59,307 nt of DNA from the NCBI GenBank assembly GCA_036555445.1, contig DATBLH010000103.1, forward strand, positions 1 to 59,307, written 5' to 3'. This document shows positions 10,090-17,900 of this stretch, in pieces (positions within the stretch are counted from its first letter, which is position 1; each line of letters opens with the position of its first letter). Origin of the DNA: Candidatus Limnocylindrales bacterium. Lineage in GTDB: Bacteria > Chloroflexota > Limnocylindria > Limnocylindrales > CSP1-4. A program made the position numbers and the translations under genes. Below the pieces are notes generated by a model. It had not been told where the DNA came from. It did not search any database and saw only the letters and a program-made list of their open reading frames with translations.

Positions 10090-10766
10090 GTCGGCAGGGC
10101 GAAGCCCACCTCGAGCCCGCCACCTGGATTCGATCGAACCCAGAGCTCGCCGTTCATCGACTGGACGAGTTGCCGGGAGGCGAGCAGCCCGATGGGCCCG
10201 GCCGATGCGTCGGTGGCCGGAAGGTCGAGACGCGGCGCGGCAGCGGCCGGGTCGCTGGGGCGGCGGATCGTGATGCGAACGCGGACCGAATCCCCGTCCG
10301 GCTCGGTCGAGACCCGGATCGGCTCTCCCTCCAGCCGCAACGCGGCAGCATGGCCCAGCAGGTTCCGCACCACCTGACGCACGTGTCGCTGATCGCCGGA
10401 GACCGCTGGCAGGTCGTCGCGCGCTTCGACGACGAACGGGTTCGCCTGCCACTGCGTCGCCTCGAGGCGGGCCATCTCGGCCAGGATTGGGCGGAGCGTG
10501 ATCCGCTCGTCCTCGGCCTCCAGGATGCCGCGCTCCGCACGAGCGATCACGAGCAGATCCTCGATGAGGCGGAACAGGCGTTCCGCCTCGGCACCGATGT
10601 TGGACGCGAGCTCGCGTCGGGTGGTGCTCGATAGCGGCTCACCGCGCGCGAGGAGTCGAGCGCCGGCATAGATCGTGGTCACGGGGGTTCGCAACTCGTG
10701 CGACAGCATCCCCAGGAACGTGTCCCGTTCGGCACGGCCTCCGCGTCCCACGCGCGTGTCGCGCAT
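10071..10766 (-). CDS. Sensorless HisKA protein with degenerate HATPase_c domain
   Basis: H-box SHELRTPVTTIY intact; N-box reads NLLGHA; DxGxG and F boxes are missing. Start ATG10766 uncertain (the frame is open further upstream). Confidence 0.8.
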   Translation of the reverse strand: MRDTRVGRGGRAERDTFLGMLSHELRTPVTTIYAGARLLARGEPLSSTTRRELASNIGAEAERLFRLIEDLLVIARAERGILEAEDERITLRPILAEMARLEATQWQANPFVVEARDDLPAVSGDQRHVRQVVRNLLGHAAALRLEGEPIRVSTEPDGDSVRVRITIRRPSDPAAAAPRLDLPATDASAGPIGLLASRQLVQSMNGELWVRSNPGGGLEVGFALPTYRPLA

Positions 10767-10926
10767 CACGGCGTGGAGTCTGGGACCCGGGACGTGCCCG
10801 CCGTCCAAGCAGGGAAGGGGAGGAGTGTTTCGGCGCCCTTGCGGAGGGCGAACGCCGGCGTTGCGTGCATACAAGCACCGCCCCGACCGGTTCGGTCGGG
10901 GCGGTGTCGAGATGGCGTTGGAGCGT

Positions 10927-11151
10927 TCAGGACTTCCGTGCCGGATCGTCCTCCGGGCGCAGGTCGTCCTGATCGTCCGTCGCACGATCGATCCCGCGCT
11001 GGAGATCGTCGCCCGCATTGCCGGCGTGCTTGCGCAGGTCGTCGCCCGCGTTCGCGATCTTGTCGGAGACACTCTCCTCGCCGTCGGCCTTGCGCCATGT
11101 CTCCTTGGCGGTCTCTTCGGCTTCCCTGTAGGCCTTCTTCATGTCGGTCAT
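10927..11151 (-). CDS. Small hydrophilic CsbD/LEA-like stress protein (74 aa)
   Basis: MTDMKKAYREAEETAKETWRKADGEESVSDKIANAGDDLRKHAGNAGDDLQ; NAGDDL repeated; GGGGAG RBS. Confidence 0.7.
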   Translation of the reverse strand: MTDMKKAYREAEETAKETWRKADGEESVSDKIANAGDDLRKHAGNAGDDLQRGIDRATDDQDDLRPEDDPARKS

Positions 11152-11398
11152 GGTGTCGACTCCCCGCTGAACTCCTCGGGAGCGGGTGCTCCTGGGATCG
11201 ACGCTAGGGACCCGGAGGTATGGGCCGGACAGCGAATCCGGGGTGGGCCCTATCAGCCGACTTGCAGCCGCCCCTGGGACAACGCGCGCCATCGAGCCTG
11301 AGAGGAGCCTGCAAGGCCTCGCCGGATCGACGTCCACGTGACCGACGATCGATCGCGGTTAGCGTCTGCTCAACAGTCGTCACCCGAGGAGGCAGATC

Positions 11399-11767
11399 AT
11401 GGCCACGACACGCACCAACGGAGAACAAGGGCGAGGCCGGGTCGCGAACCCCGCCGCCGGCACCGTTGCCGTCGCCCGCGACCTGGCCGAAGGCATCGCC
11501 GGTGCGGCCGGCACGGTGGCAGGAGCCCTGCCCGAAGCCGCTGCGACCACGCGCGCGGCAATCGACGACGCCGCGAAGCGCCTCGACGACGGCTCGGACG
11601 AGATCCTCGCCGTGGGCGCCACCTATGCCCTCGGGCTGGCCACGGGCCTCCTCGTCGGCGGCGCTCCCCGCGTGCTCGTCCTGGCGGCACTCGTGCCGGT
11701 TGGGGCCGTCGGGATGACGCTCGTGAATCGAAGCCGGTCGGCGACCCGGGGCCGGGCGACGAGCTGA
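11399..11767 (+). CDS. Hypothetical Ala-rich protein with C-terminal membrane anchor (ElaB/DUF883-like architecture)
   Basis: GGAGG RBS, TAGCGT -10-like hexamer upstream, hydrophobic C-terminal hairpin, downstream stem-loop. Confidence 0.7.
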   Translation: MATTRTNGEQGRGRVANPAAGTVAVARDLAEGIAGAAGTVAGALPEAAATTRAAIDDAAKRLDDGSDEILAVGATYALGLATGLLVGGAPRVLVLAALVPVGAVGMTLVNRSRSATRGRATS

Positions 11768-11795
11768 CGGTTCTTGCGTCGCGGCGCCAGACGCG

Positions 11796-11830
11796 ACGGA
11801 CCGCCCGAGGAGGGGGCCCGGGCGGTCCGT
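11796..11830 (+). terminator. GC-rich stem-loop, probable terminator
   Basis: ACGGACCGCCCG / CGGGCGGTCCGT 12-bp inverted repeat just after the 11767 stop. Confidence 0.55.
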
Positions 11831-12038
11831 TCCGGAGAGCCGGCGCCCCGTCACAAGCGCGCGGCTCGAGGATTTCGAGGGAGGTCGCGGCCCCTGCTTC
11901 CAGGGTCGTGCCGCGCCACACGGAACGTAGGCCCTGCGTCGGTGCAGCGAGACGACGGAACTTGGGAGGGATGTAACAGGCGCCTATCAGGGCGATGCGG
12001 TCGACCCGCGCGATCCGCGCGACCCGCGCCTCAGATCC

Positions 12039-12395
12039 TCAAGCCATCGCATCCCGGGTGAGGATCTCGATGACGGCCGCCGCCAGATCGCGGGCCTCGA
12101 CATCGCATCTGGCGGTCGGGCGAGGCCCGGGCGGCCGGCGCGGCCCGACCAGGATGGTCCGCACCCCGGCTGGTCGTTGGTCGCAGTGTTTCGGGTCTGA
12201 TGTCACCAGCCAGCTTCCGGCGGGCACGAGCGCCGTAGGAGCAGATGATTGGTCGGCCGTCCGCTCGAGGACCGTGACCTCGTAGCCGGCATCGCGGAGC
12301 GTCGCGATCGCCTCGTCCGCGCCGGGAGCGGCACGTCCCGCACCCCAGGATCCTCCGGTGAGCGATTCACGCTCGATGAAGATCGGCTTGTTCAT
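12039..12395 (-). CDS. Degenerate GmhB/HisB-like HAD-fold protein lacking the catalytic DxD
   Basis: PIFIERES (vs AVFLDRDG), PGADEAIATLRDAGYEV, SWLVTSD, AGVRTILV, CDVEARDLAAAVIEIL follow GmhB motif order. Confidence 0.6.
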   Translation of the reverse strand: MNKPIFIERESLTGGSWGAGRAAPGADEAIATLRDAGYEVTVLERTADQSSAPTALVPAGSWLVTSDPKHCDQRPAGVRTILVGPRRPPGPRPTARCDVEARDLAAAVIEILTRDAMA

Positions 12396-12506
12396 CACGG
12401 TGTCATCGAGCCGTTCACGGCGCAGCACAGCGGGAACGCCCACCGAGCCCGGTGGACGTTCCCGCTCACAGCACACCCTGTCGGCGGTGCCGACAGCGCT
12501 CGTCGC

Positions 12507-12788
12507 TCAGATGGCCCCTCGACCCGATCTCGAGCTGCCCATCACGGTGTTGACGACTACGACCACGATGACCGCGCCGATGGTCGCTGTGACGATCGAT
12601 GACAGGTCGAGCTGTCCGCTCACCGGGTCGGTGTTGAACAGGACGCCGGCCAGGAAGCCGCCGACGAGAGCGCCGACGATCCCGAGCACGATGTGTCCGA
12701 TGATGCCGAGCCCCTCGTCACCCCTGACGAGGAATCCGGCAAGGTACCCAGCGATCGCGCCGAGCACGATCCAGGCGATGATGCTCAT
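12507..12788 (-). CDS. GlsB/YeaQ/YmgE family stress-response membrane protein (transglycosylase-associated)
   Basis: MSIIAWIVLGAIAGYLA...IVLGIVGALVGGFL...ATIGAVIV; GGAGG RBS. Confidence 0.92.
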   Translation of the reverse strand: MSIIAWIVLGAIAGYLAGFLVRGDEGLGIIGHIVLGIVGALVGGFLAGVLFNTDPVSGQLDLSSIVTATIGAVIVVVVVNTVMGSSRSGRGAI

Positions 12789-13241
12789 TCGGAGACCTCC
12801 ATCCCGTGCATGCGTCCGGCCTTGGGTCCGGCCGCTCCAATGTGGAGCCGTAACGGACTCTCGGGGATGCGGCCGCTCCGCCCCACAACGGCGCCGTTCC
12901 GCGACGTATCAGTCGCCTGACAGCCGGTTGGCGGTGGCGCGAGACCTGGCCCGCGGGTTGACGCGTCCGGGCGGGCGCCCAGACCAGGTGCGCGTCCGGC
13001 TCTGGGTCCGCCGCCGCCGGCGGGCAAGAAGAAGCGGAGGGCGCGGGGAGGGGGCGCGCGCCCTCCGCATCTGTGCGAGGACGTCCGTCACCACGTCCTC
13101 GGATGAAGATTTCGACCTGCGGCGAGGATCGCCGCCTCACCTCCGCGCTGGTGCAACGGTCACGGCTGACGCCGTTGCACCTGCCTCACGGTCCCGCGAA
13201 GGCGCACCGTCGGCGTCCCGACAGGGGCCCGGACATGGAGA

Positions 13242-13269
13242 GGCGCCGGGGCCCGTCAGCCCCGGCGCC
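13242..13269 (-). terminator. 11-bp GC stem-loop downstream of the small lipoprotein gene
   Basis: GGCGCCGGGGC-CCGTCA-GCCCCGGCGCC, 20 nt after the 13289 stop. Confidence 0.6.
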
Positions 13270-13288
13270 ATGAATGACGCTTAGATGG

Positions 13289-13459
13289 TCAGGACGGGCT
13301 CGCCGACTCCTCCATGCTCTCGGACGGCGCACCACTGCTGGGCGCGACGCTCGGGCTCGACAGCGACGGGCTTGCTCCGCTCGGCGACGCGCCGGGGCCG
13401 CAGGCTGCGAGGAGACCCGCGAACGCAAGCAGGATGACCATGGACAGGCGCTTCAGCAT
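13289..13459 (-). CDS. 56-aa Ser/Pro-rich lipoprotein
   Basis: MLKRLSMVILLAFAGLLAAC (lipobox LAAC) followed by GPGASPSGASPSLSSPSVAPSSGAPSESMEESASPS; GAGGT RBS. Confidence 0.75.
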   Translation of the reverse strand: MLKRLSMVILLAFAGLLAACGPGASPSGASPSLSSPSVAPSSGAPSESMEESASPS

Positions 13460-13735
13460 GCTGTTACCTCGTGGTGCTGGCTCGCCGGCCGACCACGACG
13501 CGGCGACGGCGGCGATGGTTCCAGGCCCGGTGGGGGTTCCGGGTCCGTCGCGCAGGCTAACGACCGGGCGGCGACGGCCGCGGTCCCCACCGGCGGATCG
13601 CCGTTGCAGGTCTATCGCAGTGATCGATCGCAATTCGCGTGATAGGCAATCGGCGGTGGACCGCGTGCGTTCGGGACCGGCGACGTTGGAGGCTCTGCGC
13701 AAATCGCCACCCGCTCCCTGCCCAAGGAGAGACCA

Positions 13736-13867
13736 TTGACCGAGGTACCGCCCCCCGAGTCGCGAGCGAATGCAGGGATCGCTCGGGATGAGCGCTCGAT
13801 GCGGCTCATCGAATACGCCGTGGCGTTCATGGCGCTGGCTGTCGCCGTTCTGCTGGGGATCCACTGA
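13736..13867 (+). CDS. 43-aa single-TM small protein (not in the ORF track)
   Basis: AAGGAG RBS, TTG start; MTEVPPPESRANAGIARDERSMRLIEYAVAFMALAVAVLLGIH-stop. Confidence 0.65.
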   Translation: MTEVPPPESRANAGIARDERSMRLIEYAVAFMALAVAVLLGIH

Positions 13868-13998
13868 CGCGGTCCCGGGCCGCCACCGGCTCGCAACGAC
13901 AACGGCGATCCAGGCAACAGAAGCCCGCAGCCGGCGCGCTCCGCGCATGGCTGCTCGATGCCGACGGACGCGACGACCTGGTCTCGCCCGAGCCAGGG

Positions 13999-14901
13999 AT
14001 GGCTCGTGGCCTCGGCGAGCGTCAGCTGGTCTGGTTGGACCTGGCCGAGCGCGACGAGGCCCTGATCGAACGGCTGGCAGCGGCCGCCGACCTGCCCGAG
14101 CCGTTCCTCCGGGACCTGGCGGCCGCGCATGAGCGGGCCCAGCTGCGTCGCCTCGACGACTTCGTGCGCTTGACCGTGGTCACCGTTGCCGGCACCGGCG
14201 ACGGTCATTCCCTCCAACGCGTGAGCCTCGACATCGTTGCCGGACCGGGCGTCATCGCGACGATCCACGACGGCGCGAGCCAGGTCGTCGAGGACGCCTT
14301 CGAGCAGCTCCAGGGTGAGTCGAGGCTGGGCGCGCTCGACGCGGGCTCCATGCTGGCCATCCTGGTCGACGTGGGCTTGAGCAGCTACTTCCGCCAGGTG
14401 GAGGAGATCGAGCGAACCATCGACGAGCTGGACGAACTGGTCCTGGGTCCGACACGCGAGAGCGAGCAGGTGCTCGAGAGGCTGGCCGACATGCGCCACC
14501 GGCTGGCGATCGTTCGACGCACGCTCTCTCCGCATCGTGAGGCGTTCTCACCGTTCGGGCGGCCGGACTTCGAGCTTCACGAGGAGCTCGGGCGCCCGTG
14601 GCCCGGGCTGATCGATCGGTTAGGTCAGGCGATTCTCGCGGTGGAGAACGCGTGGACGTTGCTCGTTGGCTCGTTCGACATCTACATCGGCCGCGCCGCC
14701 CAGCGTTCGAACGACGTGATGAAGGTGCTGACGCTCCTGTCCGCGGTGCTCCTCCCGGCGGTCGTGCTGGCGGGAATCTTCGGGATGAACTTCAAGCTCC
14801 CGATCTTCGATCGCGCTGAGAATATCTGGCTGATCGTCGGCGCGATGGTCGTGCTCGCCGCCACGATCCTGCTCGGCGCTCGCTGGCGCGGCTGGCTGTA
14901 G
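13999..14901 (+). CDS. corA: CorA-family Mg2+/divalent cation transporter
   Basis: C-terminal GIFGMNF signature between two TM helices; NDVMKVLT. Confidence 0.9.
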   Translation: MARGLGERQLVWLDLAERDEALIERLAAAADLPEPFLRDLAAAHERAQLRRLDDFVRLTVVTVAGTGDGHSLQRVSLDIVAGPGVIATIHDGASQVVEDAFEQLQGESRLGALDAGSMLAILVDVGLSSYFRQVEEIERTIDELDELVLGPTRESEQVLERLADMRHRLAIVRRTLSPHREAFSPFGRPDFELHEELGRPWPGLIDRLGQAILAVENAWTLLVGSFDIYIGRAAQRSNDVMKVLTLLSAVLLPAVVLAGIFGMNFKLPIFDRAENIWLIVGAMVVLAATILLGARWRGWL

Positions 14902-14921
14902 CGACCGGAGCCGCTCCGGGA

Positions 14922-17900
14922 TCAGTCCTCGTCCATCACCGTCAGCGCGAACCCGAACTCGGCGCCCCCGTCCGGTCGCGGCGTGGCCCAGATCCGGCCG
15001 CCCATCGCCTGGATCAGGCGGGCACAGACATACAGGCCGATTCCTGCGCCGCTCGCCTGGCCGGCCGTGGACGGTGCTCGGTAGAACAACTCGAACAGCC
15101 GGGACCCCTCGTCGGGCTGAAAGCCAGGACCGCGATCGAGGATCCGGATCCGGACTTCGTCGCGGCCCGCCTCGGCGATTAGCCGGACGGGCTCCTCGCC
15201 GCCGTATTTGGCCGCGTTCGACAGCAGGTTGCGGACCACCTGCTCGACATAGGTCGGATCCGCGCTGACCGTCGGCAGACCCGGCGGGACCTCCACCTGG
15301 AACGTGGTTCCGGGCCAACGAACTTCCTCGGAGCGGACGACATTGGGCAGGATCCGCTGGACGAGGACCGGCTCCTGGCCGATCGACAGCTCCTCCTCCC
15401 CGAACCGGGTCAGCGCGACCACGTCCTCCACCAGGCGGTGGAGCCGCTCCGCCTCGGAGTGGATGTCCTCGAACACGCTCTGGCGAACGTCGGGATCGAT
15501 CGATGAACCTTCGCGGGCGAGCACCTTGGCGCCCGCGAAGATCGTCGTCACCGGCGTCCGGAGCTCATGCGACAGGACGCCGACGAAGGTGTCGCGCACC
15601 ATCTGTCGCTGCCGCGCCGCCGTGACGTCGCGCAGGAGGACGATCGTCTCCACCTGCCCGGCCGGCTCGGAGCGGGATTCGACGGGCCATGTCGAAAGCT
15701 CCACCCACCGTTCCTCCGGCCCGTCGACCCGGAGCTCGACCGGACCGTCGCGATGGCCAAGCCGGGGTGCGTCCCCGTCGGGATCGATCAGCCGCCCCAG
15801 GATCCGGTCGTAGGTCCCCGAGGCGGTCTCCGGGAGGAGCACCTCGGCAGCCGGATTGGCGAGCCTGATCCTGCCATCGGCACTGAGCACCACGACGCCG
15901 TCGCCGAGGGCCCGCAGCACGGCATTGAGCTCCGCGGCCCTCGCGTGCTCGGACTCGGCAAGGCGCTGGAGGCGCGCCTGCGCCTCCACCCGGTCCGTGA
16001 TGTCGCGGGCGACGGCCACGATCCGCCCCGGCTCCCGCGCGGTGGCGACGTGCTGGAGCAGGATCTCGACCGGGATGACGTGTCCATCCCGGGCGCGGTA
16101 GGCCTGGGTGACGGTTCGGGACTCCATCCGCCCGTCGACGAGCGGGGCGATGAGTGCCCGGAACCCGGCCTCGTCGAGGTCGACGACGAGGTCGGCCGGG
16201 CCCAGCTGCACCAGCTCCGCGCGCGAGTATCCGAGCGCGTCGATGGCGCCCTGGTTCGCATAGCTGAATCGAAGGCTCTCGGGGTCGATGGTCATCGTGG
16301 CGTCGGCGATCGTGTCCAGCACCTGGCGGTAGCGGTCCGCGTCCCGGAACAGCAGCGCTCGCTGGATGGCTGCCGCTGCCCGGTCGGCGACGTCCTGCGC
16401 AAAACCAAGGTCGGACTCCGTGAAGCGCCGGCCAGACTCTGCGCCCACGAACGTCATCGCTCCCAGGGTGCGGCCCTGCCACACGAGGGGCACGCTCAGG
16501 TACGAGCGGAGATCGAGCGCGACCAGCTGCTCCCGAACGTCGTCGTTCACCACTGCCTGGTCGATGAGGTCGCGTGGGATCTCGGTCATCAGGTCCGGGC
16601 GTCCGGTGCGGATCACGGCCGGCACCCCGCGCTCCGCCCCCGGGTCGGGCGGGTAGCGTCCGCTCATCGCTCGAGCCAGCTCCACCTTCGACGGATCGCT
16701 GTGTGCCACCGCAACCACCTGGATCGCCCCGTTCTCGTCCACGAGGTGGACCGCACACCAGTCGGCGACCCGGGGAACGGCGAGCTCCGCGACGCGCGCA
16801 ATGGTCTCCTCGTAATCGAGGGACGAGGCCAGGACGGCGGAGGCGTCCACGAGGAACTCGTTGGCGGCGACTTCCTGGCGGCGCTCGGTGATGTCGCTGA
16901 ACACGGAGACCGCCGCGATCACACGACCGCCGCCGTCGCGAACCGGGGCGGCGTCGTTGACGATCCAGCCGCGGCTGCCGTCGAAGCGGACGATCTCGAA
17001 CTCCTCACCCACGACGGTCTCACCCTGTCGGAGCGCGCGGACCAGTGGCCAGTCGTCATCGCCCAACTGCCGGCCGTGGGCATCGAACGCGACGTACTCG
17101 GGATAGTCGGAGGTCGACCGGCCGGGCGGGATCGGCTGCCGCCAGATCTCGCCCGATCGCCCGTTGGCCATCACCAGCTGCCCATTGACGTCGGCGATGA
17201 GCACGCCGCTCGGCATCTGGGCGAGCACCGTTTCCAGGCGTGCCCGCTGGGCCTCGAGGTCGAGGAACAGAAGCTCCCGTGCCTCGAGCAACCCGACCCG
17301 GGCCAGCGCCTGTGCGGTCTGGCCCGCGAGCGCCAGGAGGAATGACCGCTCGGTCTCGTCGAACGGTCGGGACTCGGTCCAGCCCAGCGACAGCAGGCCC
17401 ACGATCCCGCCCTCGTGCGAGAGCGGCAGGATCGCCGTGGAACCGTCGCTGGCGGGATCCCCGCGGCCGGTCGTTTCCGTGATCCACTGGGGTTCGGCCC
17501 GCTGGACGACGACGGCGAGCTGGTGGTCGCCGTCGAGCGCGACCCGTCGACGATCCTCCATCAGCTCCGGGGGGTAGCCGGCGATCGCCTCGGCAACGAG
17601 GACACCGGAGCGGATGACGCTCACGTGGCCGCTACTGGCGCCGGTCGCCGTGCGGGCTTCCGCGAGGGCAATCGCGGCCACTTCGCGTTGGGATCGCGCG
17701 TCGGACAATGCCGTACCAATCCGCCGCAGCTGCTCGGTTCGCTGGGTCGCGCGCTCGGCCGCCGCGAGGGCGCGCTGGGTCTCCGCGTACAGGCCGGCAT
17801 TCGCGATCGCCAGGCCCGCACGGCTGCCGATATCGGTCGCCAGTTCGAGGTCCTGCTGATCGAAGTGGCGATCGGGATCGTTGAGGACGAAGAACATCGC

